Assembly (NCBI RefSeq): GCF_054482595.1
Contig: NZ_JBTHVH010000004.1
DNA: 64,000 nt
Direction: 5' to 3' (one strand)
From: a plasmid
Below are positions 28,305-38,055 of the stretch, one piece after another (position 1 is the stretch's first letter; each line of letters begins with the position of its first letter). The position numbers and the translations under genes were made by a program. The notes beneath the pieces were generated by a model. That model searched no databases, was not told the DNA's origin, and saw only the letters and a list, made by a program, of their open reading frames with translations.

Positions 28305-29108
28305 ATGTCATCAGCGGTGGAGTGCAATGTCGTGCAATACGAATGGCGAAAAGCCGAGCTCATCGGTCAGCTTCTCAACCTTGGGGTTACCCCCGGCGGT
28401 GTGCTGCTGGTCCACAGCTCCTTCCGTAGCGTCCGGCCCCTCGAAGATGGGCCACTTGGACTGATCGAGGCCCTGCGTGCTGCGCTGGGTCCGGGAGGGA
28501 CGCTCGTCATGCCCTCGTGGTCAGGTCTGGACGACGAGCCGTTCGATCCTGCCACGTCGCCCGTTACACCGGACCTTGGAGTTGTCTCTGACACATTCTG
28601 GCGCCTGCCAAATGTAAAGCGCAGCGCCCATCCATTTGCCTTTGCGGCAGCGGGGCCACAGGCAGAGCAGATCATCTCTGATCCATTGCCCCTGCCACCT
28701 CACTCGCCTGCAAGCCCGGTCGCCCGTGTCCATGAACTCGATGGGCAGGTACTTCTCCTCGGCGTGGGACACGATGCCAACACGACGCTGCATCTTGCCG
28801 AGTTGATGGCAAAGGTTCCCTATGGGGTGCCGAGACACTGCACCATTCTTCAGGATGGCAAGTTGGTACGCGTCGATTATCTCGAGAATGACCACTGCTG
28901 TGAGCGCTTTGCCTTGGCGGACAGGTGGCTCAAGGAGAAGAGCCTTCAGAAGGAAGGTCCAGTCGGTCATGCCTTTGCTCGGTTGATCCGCTCCCGCGAC
29001 ATTGTGGCGACAGCCCTGGGTCAACTGGGCCGAGATCCGTTGATCTTCCTGCATCCGCCAGAGGCGGGATGCGAAGAATGCGATGCCGCTCGCCAGTCGA
29101 TTGGCTGA
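28305..29108 (+). CDS. aac(3)-IV: Aminoglycoside 3-N-acetyltransferase AAC(3)-IV (apramycin/gentamicin resistance)
   Basis: Translation matches the recalled AAC(3)-IV sequence ('YEWRKAELIGQLLNLGVTPGGVLLVHSSFRSV...'); starts 23 bp after the IS26 end. Confidence 0.85.
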   Translation: MSSAVECNVVQYEWRKAELIGQLLNLGVTPGGVLLVHSSFRSVRPLEDGPLGLIEALRAALGPGGTLVMPSWSGLDDEPFDPATSPVTPDLGVVSDTFWRLPNVKRSAHPFAFAAAGPQAEQIISDPLPLPPHSPASPVARVHELDGQVLLLGVGHDANTTLHLAELMAKVPYGVPRHCTILQDGKLVRVDYLENDHCCERFALADRWLKEKSLQKEGPVGHAFARLIRSRDIVATALGQLGRDPLIFLHPPEAGCEECDAARQSIG

Positions 29109-29336
29109 GCTCATGAGCGGAGAACGAGATGACGTTGGAGGGGCAAGGTCGCGCTGATTGCTGGGGCAACACGTGGAGCGGATCGGGGATTGTCTTTCTT
29201 CAGCTCGCTGATGATATGCTGACGCTCAATGCCGTTTGGCCTCCGACTAACGAAAATCCCGCATTTGGACGGCTGATCCGATTGGCACGGCGGACGGCGA
29301 ATGGCGGAGCAGACGCTCGTCCGGGGGCAATGAGAT

Positions 29337-30362
29337 ATGAAAAAGCCTGAACTCACCGCGACGTCTGTCGAGAAGTTTCTGATCGAAAAGTTCGACAGCG
29401 TCTCCGACCTGATGCAGCTCTCGGAGGGCGAAGAATCTCGTGCTTTCAGCTTCGATGTAGGAGGGCGTGGATATGTCCTGCGGGTAAATAGCTGCGCCGA
29501 TGGTTTCTACAAAGATCGTTATGTTTATCGGCACTTTGCATCGGCCGCGCTCCCGATTCCGGAAGTGCTTGACATTGGGGAATTCAGCGAGAGCCTGACC
29601 TATTGCATCTCCCGCCGTGCACAGGGTGTCACGTTGCAAGACCTGCCTGAAACCGAACTGCCCGCTGTTCTGCAGCCGGTCGCGGAGGCCATGGATGCGA
29701 TCGCTGCGGCCGATCTTAGCCAGACGAGCGGGTTCGGCCCATTCGGACCGCAAGGAATCGGTCAATACACTACATGGCGTGATTTCATATGCGCGATTGC
29801 TGATCCCCATGTGTATCACTGGCAAACTGTGATGGACGACACCGTCAGTGCGTCCGTCGCGCAGGCTCTCGATGAGCTGATGCTTTGGGCCGAGGACTGC
29901 CCCGAAGTCCGGCACCTCGTGCACGCGGATTTCGGCTCCAACAATGTCCTGACGGACAATGGCCGCATAACAGCGGTCATTGACTGGAGCGAGGCGATGT
30001 TCGGGGATTCCCAATACGAGGTCGCCAACATCTTCTTCTGGAGGCCGTGGTTGGCTTGTATGGAGCAGCAGACGCGCTACTTCGAGCGGAGGCATCCGGA
30101 GCTTGCAGGATCGCCGCGGCTCCGGGCGTATATGCTCCGCATTGGTCTTGACCAACTCTATCAGAGCTTGGTTGACGGCAATTTCGATGATGCAGCTTGG
30201 GCGCAGGGTCGATGCGACGCAATCGTCCGATCCGGAGCCGGGACTGTCGGGCGTACACAAATCGCCCGCAGAAGCGCGGCCGTCTGGACCGATGGCTGTG
30301 TAGAAGTACTCGCCGATAGTGGAAACCGACGCCCCAGCACTCGTCCGAGGGCAAAGGAATAG
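29337..30362 (+). CDS. hph: Hygromycin B phosphotransferase APH(4)-Ia
   Basis: 'MKKPELTATSVEKFLIEKFDSVSDLMQLSEGEESRAFSFDVGGRGYVLRVN...' matches recalled Hph. Confidence 0.9.
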   Translation: MKKPELTATSVEKFLIEKFDSVSDLMQLSEGEESRAFSFDVGGRGYVLRVNSCADGFYKDRYVYRHFASAALPIPEVLDIGEFSESLTYCISRRAQGVTLQDLPETELPAVLQPVAEAMDAIAAADLSQTSGFGPFGPQGIGQYTTWRDFICAIADPHVYHWQTVMDDTVSASVAQALDELMLWAEDCPEVRHLVHADFGSNNVLTDNGRITAVIDWSEAMFGDSQYEVANIFFWRPWLACMEQQTRYFERRHPELAGSPRLRAYMLRIGLDQLYQSLVDGNFDDAAWAQGRCDAIVRSGAGTVGRTQIARRSAAVWTDGCVEVLADSGNRRPSTRPRAKE

Positions 30363-30367
30363 AGTAG

Positions 30368-30729
30368 ATGCCGACCGAACAAGAGCTGATTTCGAGAACG
30401 CCTCAGCCAGCAACTCGCGCGAGCCTAGCAAGGCAAATGCGAGAGAACGGCCTTACGCTTGGTGGCACAGTTCTCGTCCACAGTTCGCTAAGCTCGCTCG
30501 GCTGGGTCGCGGGAGGGCCGGTCGCAGTGATTCAGGCCCTTCTGGATTGTGTTGGTCCCCAGGGCACGATTGTCATGCCCACGCACTCGGGTGATCTGAC
30601 TGATCCCGCAGATTGGAGATCGCCGCCCGTGCCTGCCGATTGGGTGCAGATCTTGCGCAACGAGATGCCGGCATACGATCCGCAAACCACACCAACTCGG
30701 AACATGGGTGCAGTGGCTGAATTGTTCCG
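30368..30729 (+). pseudogene. 3'-truncated AAC(3)-family acetyltransferase gene
   Basis: First 120 codons resemble the AAC(3) N-terminus ('GGTVLVHSSLSSLG...GTIVMPTHSGDLTDP'); the frame is cut by the IS6-family element at about 30730. Confidence 0.5.
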
Positions 30730-31619
30730 GGCGTGTCGCAAACACTTTTGGAGGCAGCTATCACCCAGCCAAGGCCGGTATTTTCATGCTTTGTTAACCT
30801 TTTGCAGTCCGAAGAGGCGCGCAAGCAAATCATTCTGGTCATTGACGGTCCAGCCGCCTGAAAAGCCAAAGCCCTTCCGCAGCCACAGCATCGCCTCGAA
30901 ACCCGCGATGGTTCGCCGCGCCGTGTTAAAGGATTGGAAACCGCCGATCTTCGGCATGTTCTTCTTCACCCGGAAATGGTCGCTCTCAATCCCCTGCTGG
31001 AGATGTTTGGTCACATAATGCACGGGATCGGGATGGAGAAGCCCATCATCAACCGACGTTTTGATCGTTGACGGGAAGGTGTTGGCCCCGTCCGTCCCAA
31101 TCCTGTTCGGCGACAACAAGGGTTCATCTTTAAGCATCTTTCGGAAGAACCGCTTGGCAGCGTCGAGATCGCGCTTAGCGGTCAGCAGGAAATCCACCGG
31201 ATTGCCATGCTTATCGATGGCTCGGTACAGATAGCGCCATTTGCCGCGGATCTTGACATAGGTCTCATCAATCCGGACCGAGCCGCAATGGGGTCGACGA
31301 AACTGCCGCAGCCGTTTCTCGATGACAGGTGCATAAGCCAATACCCAGCGGTTGATCGTGCTATGATCGACCTCGAAGCCCCGCTCGCGAAACATCTCTT
31401 CCAAGTCACGATAGCTGAGCGGGTAGCGCAAGTACCAGGCAACCGCCTGTACAATCAGCCAGGCCTCGAAATGCCTGCCCTTGAAATCATCCTTCGACTG
31501 GCGCTTCAGCTTTTCGGCAATGGTATTCAAAATCATCGGCTCGCTCCGCAATATCAGGAGCGGCAACTTCTCTCCCCATGGTCAACATCGAGTTAACCTG
31601 AAGAATTTGCGACAAGGCC
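30730..31619 (-). mobile_element. IS6-family insertion sequence, distinct from IS26 (about 890 bp)
   Basis: Imperfect terminal repeats GGCGTGTCGCAAA (left) and GGCCTTGTCGCAAA (right, reverse complement) flanking a 260-aa IS6-type transposase; exact IS name not determined. Confidence 0.7.
30784..31566 (-). CDS. IS6-family transposase (260 aa)
   Basis: Same domain layout as IS26 Tnp ('FKGRHFEAWLIVQAVAWYLRYPLSYRDLEEM...') but divergent in sequence. Confidence 0.8.
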   Translation of the reverse strand: MPLLILRSEPMILNTIAEKLKRQSKDDFKGRHFEAWLIVQAVAWYLRYPLSYRDLEEMFRERGFEVDHSTINRWVLAYAPVIEKRLRQFRRPHCGSVRIDETYVKIRGKWRYLYRAIDKHGNPVDFLLTAKRDLDAAKRFFRKMLKDEPLLSPNRIGTDGANTFPSTIKTSVDDGLLHPDPVHYVTKHLQQGIESDHFRVKKNMPKIGGFQSFNTARRTIAGFEAMLWLRKGFGFSGGWTVNDQNDLLARLFGLQKVNKA

Positions 31620-33121
31620 ATGCGTTCCGCTCCGGAGATGTCTGGCTTACTAGGTCCCGGCGCTATGGCGATCTGAAACACGCACTCGTTCCGGCACAAT
31701 CCATCGCGGAAGGCGGTCGTCTCGCTGTGCCATTGCGGCCGGAGGAATGGCTGGCAGACCGGCAAGCTCGCCTCGACATGCGGTTGCGCGAGCTTGGCCG
31801 TGCCGCTCGCGCAGGCACGATCCCGGGCGGGTCGATTGAAAACGGCGTTCTGCATATCGAGAAACTCGAAGCCGCCGCGCCGACAGGCGCCGAAGATCTG
31901 GTGCTCGATCTCTACAAGCAGATCCCGCCCACGCGCATCACCGATCTCCTGCTGGAGGTGGATGCGGCGACCGGCTTCACCGAAGCGTTCACCCATCTGC
32001 GCACAGGAGCACCCTGCGCTGACCGGATCGGGCTAATGAACGTTATCTTGGCGGAAGGGATCAACCTCGGCTTGCGCAAAATGGCGGATGCGACAAACAC
32101 CCACACCTTCTGGGAATTGATCCGCATTGGACGGTGGCATGTCGAGGGCGAAGCCTATGACCGGGCGCTGGCCATGGTGGTCGAGGCACAGGCAGCGTTA
32201 CCCATGGCCCGGTTCTGGGGCATGGGCACGTCGGCTTCGAGCGACGGACAGTTCTTCGTCGCTACAGAGCAAGGTGAGGCCATGAACCTGGTCAACGCGA
32301 AATATGGCAATACCCCGGGCCTGAAAGCCTATAGCCACGTCTCCGACCAATATGCGCCGTTCGCAACCCAGGTGATTCCTGCAACGGCAAGCGAAGCGCC
32401 TTACATCCTCGATGGCCTGCTGATGAACGATGCTGGACGCCATATCCGCGAGCAGTTCACCGACACGGGCGGCTTCACCGATCACGTCTTTGCCGCATGT
32501 GCCATTCTCGGCTACCGGTTCGCTCCGCGCATCCGCGACCTGCCATCCAAACGGCTCTACGCGTTCAATCCGTCGGCCGCCCCGGCGCACCTGCGAGCGT
32601 TGATCGGCGGAAAGGTCAACCAAGCCATGATCGAGCGCAATTGGCCCGACATCCTGCGCATCGCCGCCACCATTGCTGCCGGGACCGTCGCGCCAAGCCA
32701 GATTCTGCGGAAACTCGCCTCCTATCCGCGGCAGAACGAGCTCGCGACAGCCCTGCGGGAAGTCGGTCGCGTCGAGCGCACCCTGTTCATGATCGACTGG
32801 ATTCTGGATGCCGAACTCCAACGGCGTGCCCAGATCGGGCTCAACAAAGGCGAAGCTCATCATGCGCTGAAGCGGGCAATCAGCTTCCACCGCCGCGGTG
32901 AAATCCGCGACCGTTCCGCCGAAGGCCAGCATTACCGCATCGCCGGCATGAATCTGCTCGCCGCCATCATCATCTTCTGGAACACCATGAAGCTCGGCGA
33001 GGTCGTTGCAAACCAGAAACGCGATGGAAAGCTGCTATCGCCCGATCTCTTGGCCCATGTTTCGCCGCTCGGATGGGAACACATCAATCTCACCGGAGAA
33101 TATCGCTGGCCAAAGCCTTAG
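31620..33121 (+). pseudogene. tnpA: 5'-truncated Tn3-family transposase gene (Tn5393-type tnpA, C-terminal about 500 codons)
   Basis: Homologous by eye to the C-terminal half of the 995-aa TnpA at 50492..53479 ('...SPLGWEHINLTGEYRW'); the track ORF start lies inside the IS6 element so the 5' end is missing. Confidence 0.7.
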
Positions 33122-33153
33122 CGTAGGATTCCGCCCCCTCCCGCAAACGACCC
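33073..33153. repeat. Tn5393-type 81-bp terminal inverted repeat (tnpA end)
   Basis: Reverse complement reads 'GGGGTCGTTTGCGGGAGGGGGCGGAATCCTACGCTAAGGCTTTGGCCAGCGATATTCTCCGG...', matching the recalled Tn5393 IR; overlaps the tnpA 3' end. Confidence 0.6.
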
Positions 33154-33154
33154 C

Positions 33155-34066
33155 GTGATGACCCTGCAGGCATCCCCTGAGACCCGGTTAATGCGCGCCG
33201 AGGTGCAGCGGCATTATCCGCACATCTGGCAGGAGCTGGAGGGGCTGGCGCAGGGACTGGAGGCCACTGTTGATCAGGTCTTTGCCTGGAACTGCCGTGG
33301 CGATCTGGTGCGCTCAACGTCGGATGGCTGTACGACGGTGGCCGGGGTAAACGCCGCAGGCGAGCGGATTATCGCGCATAATGAAGACGGTTTTCCTCAG
33401 TTACGGGATGAATGCTTGCTGGCTACCATTACTCCGAGTCGCGGTCTGAGCTTTACGAGTTTTGCCTATCCGGGGTCGATTTGCGGCCACACCTTTGCGG
33501 TAAATGAAAAAGGTATCGTTAACACGGTGAATAACATCCGTGCAGTGTATCGTCCGCAGGGATTACCGCGTCAGATCCTGGCTCGCGCCTCGCTGAATGC
33601 GAACACCCTCGACGAGGCCATCACTATACTTACCGGCCAGCCGCGATCCGGGGCGTTTCACCATACGCTCGGGCAGCTGGGCGATGCGCGGCTGTTCAGC
33701 GTTGAGGCCACCGGTCAAGGCTGTTCCGTTCTACCCCTGACGACGGTAACCGGGCATGCCAACCATCTGGTGCATGCGGCACTGGCTGGCGTTGAGCAGA
33801 TCGTTACCGACAGTTCAGCGTCGCGGCAGTTACGCCTCGTGCAGTGGCGGGAAACGCAACCTCCGTTTGACGCCGCGGCGGCAAAAACCATTCTCTCAGA
33901 TACCCATGACGCAGAACTGCCAATTTACCGGCTGGCTGCCGACGATCCGGATGAGGAGAACACCCTCGCCACGGCAGTTTTCACCCTCGATGCCAACCAC
34001 GTCAGGTGGCAAATTTTCGACATTAACCGCGACGATGCTAAATTTCATGGAGAAGTGCGTGGGTGA
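33155..34066 (+). CDS. Hypothetical Ntn-hydrolase / peptidase C45-like protein (303 aa)
   Basis: ORF with 'DGCTT' candidate nucleophile context; family assignment is tentative. Confidence 0.45.
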   Translation: MMTLQASPETRLMRAEVQRHYPHIWQELEGLAQGLEATVDQVFAWNCRGDLVRSTSDGCTTVAGVNAAGERIIAHNEDGFPQLRDECLLATITPSRGLSFTSFAYPGSICGHTFAVNEKGIVNTVNNIRAVYRPQGLPRQILARASLNANTLDEAITILTGQPRSGAFHHTLGQLGDARLFSVEATGQGCSVLPLTTVTGHANHLVHAALAGVEQIVTDSSASRQLRLVQWRETQPPFDAAAAKTILSDTHDAELPIYRLAADDPDEENTLATAVFTLDANHVRWQIFDINRDDAKFHGEVRG

Positions 34067-34219
34067 AATAGCCGGTCGTCAGTCATAAAGGGCAGGGGAG
34101 TACCGTTGGCCCGGCGTTCGATAGTACCGTCCGGATACTGCCAGATATCGGCGTCCAGGGAGATGTCCTGAAGCGCGGTGTCCGGAATTTCAGGTTTGTG
34201 TCTCTACAAAGACTAACTA

Positions 34220-35035
34220 TCAGAAAAACTCATCGAGCATCAAATGAAACTGCAATTTATTCATATCAGGATTATCAATACCATATTTTTGAAAAAGCCG
34301 TTTCTGTAATGAAGGAGAAAATTCACCGAGGCAGTTCCATAGGATGGCAAGATCCTGGTATCGGTCTGCGATTCCGACTCGTCCAACATCAATACAACCT
34401 ATTAATTTCCCCTCGTCAAAAATAAGGTTATCAAGTGAGAAATCACCATGAGTGACGACTGAATCCGGTGAGAATGGCAAAAGCTTATGCATTTCTTTCC
34501 AGACTTGTTCAACAGGCCAGCCATTACGCTCGTCATCAAAATCACTCGCATCAACCAAACCGTTATTCATTCGTGATTGCGCCTGAGCGAGACGAAATAC
34601 GCGATCGCTGTTAAAAGGACAATTACTAACAGGAATCGAATGCAACCGGCGCAGGAACGCTGCCAGCGCATCAACAATATTTTCACCTGAATCAGGATAT
34701 TCTTCTAATACCTGGAATGCTGTTTTCCCGGGGAGCGCAGTGGTGAGTAACCATGCATCATCAGGAGTACGGATAAAATGCTTGATGGTCGGAAGAGGCA
34801 TAAATGCCGTCAGCCAGTTTAGTCTGACCATCTCATCTGTAACATCATTGGCAACGCTACCTTTGCCATGTTTCAGAAACAACTCTGGCGCATCGGGCTT
34901 CCCATACAATCGATAGATTGTCGCACCTGATTGCCCGACATTATCGCGAGCCCATTTATACCCATATAAATCAGCATCCAGGTTGGAATTTAATCGCGGC
35001 CTCGAGCAAGACGTTTCCCGTTGAATATGGCTCAT
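34220..35035 (-). CDS. aph(3')-Ia: Aminoglycoside 3'-phosphotransferase APH(3')-Ia (kanamycin/neomycin resistance)
   Basis: 'MSHIQRETSCSRPRLNSNLDADLYGYKWARDNVGQSGATIYRLYGKPDAPELFLKHGKG...' matches recalled Tn903 AphA1. Confidence 0.9.
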   Translation of the reverse strand: MSHIQRETSCSRPRLNSNLDADLYGYKWARDNVGQSGATIYRLYGKPDAPELFLKHGKGSVANDVTDEMVRLNWLTAFMPLPTIKHFIRTPDDAWLLTTALPGKTAFQVLEEYPDSGENIVDALAAFLRRLHSIPVSNCPFNSDRVFRLAQAQSRMNNGLVDASDFDDERNGWPVEQVWKEMHKLLPFSPDSVVTHGDFSLDNLIFDEGKLIGCIDVGRVGIADRYQDLAILWNCLGEFSPSLQKRLFQKYGIDNPDMNKLQFHLMLDEFF

Positions 35036-35139
35036 AACACCCCTTGTATTACTGTTTATGTAAGCAGACAGTTTTATTGTTCATGATGATATATTTTTAT
35101 CTTGTGCAATGTAACATCAGAGATTTTGAGACACAACGT

Positions 35140-35264
35140 GGATTTGTTGAATAAATCGAACTTTTGCTGAGTTGAAGGATCAGATCACGCATCTTCCCGA
35201 CAACGCAGACCGTTCCGTGGCAAAGCAAAAGTTCAAAATCACCAACTGGCCCACCTACAATAAA
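35140..35264. mobile_element. IS903 end remnant (about 125 bp) upstream of aph(3')-Ia
   Basis: 'GGATTTGTTGAATAAATCGAACTTTTGCTGAGTTGAAGGATCAGATCACGC...' resembles the IS903 terminal repeat and adjoining sequence of Tn903; cut by the Tn5393 IR. Confidence 0.5.
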
Positions 35265-35345
35265 GGGGTCGTTTGCGGGAGAGGGCGAAATCCTACGCTA
35301 AGGCTTTGGCCAACGATATTCTCCGGTAAGATTGATGTGTTCCCA
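35265..35345. repeat. Tn5393-type 81-bp terminal inverted repeat (strB end)
   Basis: 'GGGGTCGTTTGCGGGAGAGGGCGAAATCCTACGCTAAGGCTTTGGCCAACGATATTCTCCGG...' immediately downstream of strB. Confidence 0.6.
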
Positions 35346-35370
35346 GGGGATAGGAGAAGTCGCTTGATAT

Positions 35371-36207
35371 CTAGTATGACGTCTGTCGCACCTGCTTGAT
35401 CGCGGCCGCGATAGCTAGATCGCGTTGCTCCTCTTCTCCATCCGCGTTCCAAGCTGCGGAAAGGCACCCATAAGCGTACGCCTGGTCGAGCAGGCGACGC
35501 GGATCGACGTCCAGCGCACGAGAGAATGCGTCCGCCATCTGTGCAATGCGTCTAGGATCGAGACAAAGGTCGTCTCTGTCAGCCGGATCGTAGAACATAT
35601 TGGCGGCGCCAAAGCCCACTTCACCGACCAGACCGACGGGATCTATCACCAGCCAGCCGCGACTGGAGAACATGATGTTTTCATGATGCAGATCGCCATG
35701 TAGCCCACGCAGTTCCGAGGCATTGCTCATCATTTGATCGGCTATAATCGCCGCGTGGACGTAGTCAGTTTGACAACCTGCGTTTTGATCATCGCGCGCC
35801 CGCTGAAACAAAGCTGCAAAGCGATCCCGGATCGGGAGAAGGGCAGAAGGCAGGGGTTCCTCAGATGCGGCATACAGCTTCGCCATTAGTTCCGCTGCAA
35901 TTTCGGTCGCCTGGTAGTCGCCGTGCTCGGCAACGATGTGAGAGAGCATTCGCTCCCCGGCATATTCGAGCAACATCAGATTGTTCTCACGACCGAGCAA
36001 CCGGACTGCTCCCCTCCCATTGCGCCATACCAGATAGTCGGCCCCGCGCAGTTCATCAGCAATGTCTTCTATAGGTTTCAATTCCTTGACGATTGCAGGA
36101 GTCCCGTCTGGCAATGAAACTTTCCAAACGAGGCTGGAAAAGGTGTCCGCAATGAGAACAGGTTGCGAAACGTGCCAATGAGCAGGAAAAACAGGCGGCA
36201 TGAACAT
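35371..36207 (-). CDS. strB: Streptomycin phosphotransferase APH(6)-Id
   Basis: 'MFMPPVFPAHWHVSQPVLIADTFSSLVWKVSLPDGTPAIVK...' matches recalled StrB; its ATG shares one base with the strA stop. Confidence 0.9.
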   Translation of the reverse strand: MFMPPVFPAHWHVSQPVLIADTFSSLVWKVSLPDGTPAIVKELKPIEDIADELRGADYLVWRNGRGAVRLLGRENNLMLLEYAGERMLSHIVAEHGDYQATEIAAELMAKLYAASEEPLPSALLPIRDRFAALFQRARDDQNAGCQTDYVHAAIIADQMMSNASELRGLHGDLHHENIMFSSRGWLVIDPVGLVGEVGFGAANMFYDPADRDDLCLDPRRIAQMADAFSRALDVDPRRLLDQAYAYGCLSAAWNADGEEEQRDLAIAAAIKQVRQTSY

Positions 36208-37010
36208 CAACCCCAAGTCAGAGGGTCCAATCGCAGATAGAAGGCAAGGCGTTCGCGGTCGGGGGCTTCGATCCCCAATACATTGAATAGGACAGCGAAG
36301 GCGCGCTCTGCTTCATCTGGCGCTGCCCAGTTCTCTTCGGCGTTAGCAATCATGAGTGCCAAATCGGCATAGCGATCTGCTGTTCCGAGCCGCCCAAGGT
36401 CGATCAGACCCGTGCATTGAAGAGTTTTAGGGTCCACCATGAAGTTCGGCATGCAGGGATCACCATGGCAAACAACCATATCGGTGCGCTCTTGGTCGAG
36501 CCGCACCGGTAGCTCTCGTTCGACACGAGCCAAAAGATCGAGCTGCGGCGTACTCTTGTCCTCGTCCGGTAAGAAGTCGGGATTGACGGCATTGCGGGAC
36601 ACCACATCAACGGCGCGTCCGAACATTCGCGACAGCCTGCGCTCAAACGGACATTGATCAACCGATAGGCTGTGAACAGCGCCAAGTTGCTGCCCCATTG
36701 ACGGCCACGCTTTGAGCAAATCCGCTCCAGACAGATCAGCCGCCGGTACTCCCGGAATTGCCGTTATCACCAAGCATGCACCCTCCTGTTCCTCCTGCCA
36801 GTTGATCACCTCGGGGCAAGCCACACCTCGACCTTTGAGCCAAATGAGGCGGTCACGCTCTCCAGCGAGCTCACCGCGGCGGGAAGCAGGTGCGATTTTC
36901 GCGAAGGCATGCCCGTCACCACGTCGAAAAACAAAATCACCAGATTCTCCGCCTCTGACAGGCAACCAGTCAGAATGCGATTCACCAAAAAAAATATTAG
37001 TTCGATTCAA
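36207..37010 (-). CDS. strA: Streptomycin phosphotransferase APH(3'')-Ib
   Basis: '(M/L)NRTNIFFGESHSDWLPVRGGESGDFVFRRGDGHAFAKIAP...' matches recalled StrA; TTG start at 37010 with GAAGGA RBS. Confidence 0.9.
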   Translation of the reverse strand: MNRTNIFFGESHSDWLPVRGGESGDFVFRRGDGHAFAKIAPASRRGELAGERDRLIWLKGRGVACPEVINWQEEQEGACLVITAIPGVPAADLSGADLLKAWPSMGQQLGAVHSLSVDQCPFERRLSRMFGRAVDVVSRNAVNPDFLPDEDKSTPQLDLLARVERELPVRLDQERTDMVVCHGDPCMPNFMVDPKTLQCTGLIDLGRLGTADRYADLALMIANAEENWAAPDEAERAFAVLFNVLGIEAPDRERLAFYLRLDPLTWG

Positions 37011-37302
37011 TGGAGGTTCCTTCAGTTTTCTGATGAAGCGCGGAGGTGGCTCAACCTGCGAAAAGAAACGAGTTGCTATGGACTTGCACCGGTTGTGTTC
37101 CGGTCTATCTCTCATTTTAAGCGGCTTTTTTCTCAAATGCCACCGGCGATTTCCAGCCGAGTGTTGAATGTCTTCGGCGTGGATTATAAAAGCCATTTAC
37201 CCATATAATGCGCCTACTTATCAGCCTTTGGGACGTTGGGACGGTATTTTTCACTATATACCCCCAAGTTTTTAGACATGAAAAAAGGGTAATGACTCCA
37301 AC

Positions 37303-37806
37303 TTATTGATAGTGTTTTATGTTCAGATAATGCCCGATGACTTTGTCATGCAGCTCCACCGATTTTGAGAACGACAGCGACTTCCGTCCCAGCCGTGCCA
37401 GGTGCTGCCTCAGATTCAGGTTATGCCGCTCAATTCGCTGCGTATATCGCTTGCTGATTACGTGCAGCTTTCCCTTCAGGCGGGATTCATACAGCGGCCA
37501 GCCATCCGTCATCCATATCACCACGTCAAAGGGTGACAGCAGGCTCATAAGACGCCCCAGCGTCGCCATAGTGCGTTCACCGAATACGTGCGCAACAACC
37601 GTCTTCCGGAGCCTGTCATACGCGTAAAACAGCCAGCGCTGGCGCGATTTAGCCCCGACGTATCCCCACTGTTCGTCCATTTCCGCGCAGACGATGACGT
37701 CACTGCCCGGCTGTATGCGCGAGGTTACCGACTGCGGCCTGAGTTTTTTAAGTGACGTAAAATCGTGTTGAGGCCAACGCCCATAATGCGGGCTGTTGCC
37801 CGGCAT
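37303..37806 (-). CDS. insB: IS1 InsB (expressed as InsAB' by frameshift)
   Basis: 167-aa ORF overlapping insA in the -1 frame, as in IS1. Confidence 0.85.
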
Positions 37807-38000
37807 CCAACGCCATTCATGGCCATATCAATGATTTTCTGGTGCGTACCGGGTTGAGAAGCGGTGTAAGTGAACTGCAGTTGCCATGTTTTACGGCAGT
37901 GAGAGCAGAGATAGCGCTGATGTCCGGCGGTGCTTTTGCCGTTACGCACCACCCCGTCAGTAGCTGAACAGGAGGGACAGCTGATAGAAACAGAAGCCAC
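37725..38000 (-). CDS. insA: IS1 InsA
   Basis: '[43 protein letters not shown]...'. Confidence 0.9.
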
Positions 38001-38055
38001 TGGAGCACCTCAAAAACACCATCATACACTAAATCAGTAAGTTGGCAGCATCACC

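Larger units (their letters stand above)
37288..38055 (-). mobile_element. IS1 (768 bp, complete)
   Basis: Ends 'GGTAATGACTCCAAC...' and '...GTTGGCAGCATCACC'; contains insA and insB. Confidence 0.9.

Noticed and set aside
27691-28305. 204-aa ORF antisense to the IS26 transposase (also at 39023..39619, 41636..42307, 45022..45624 and 48872..49579)
   Set aside because: Occurs identically in every IS26 copy, opposite the established transposase gene; a known long antisense frame, not a gene.
29247-30431. 394-aa antisense ORF across hph
   Set aside because: High-GC resistance genes produce long antisense frames; hph on the plus strand is identified with confidence.
31481-31619. N-terminal 46 codons of the 546-aa ORF called as a complete transposase gene
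   Set aside because: This part lies inside the IS6-family element; the gene is a 5'-truncated tnpA, not an intact CDS.
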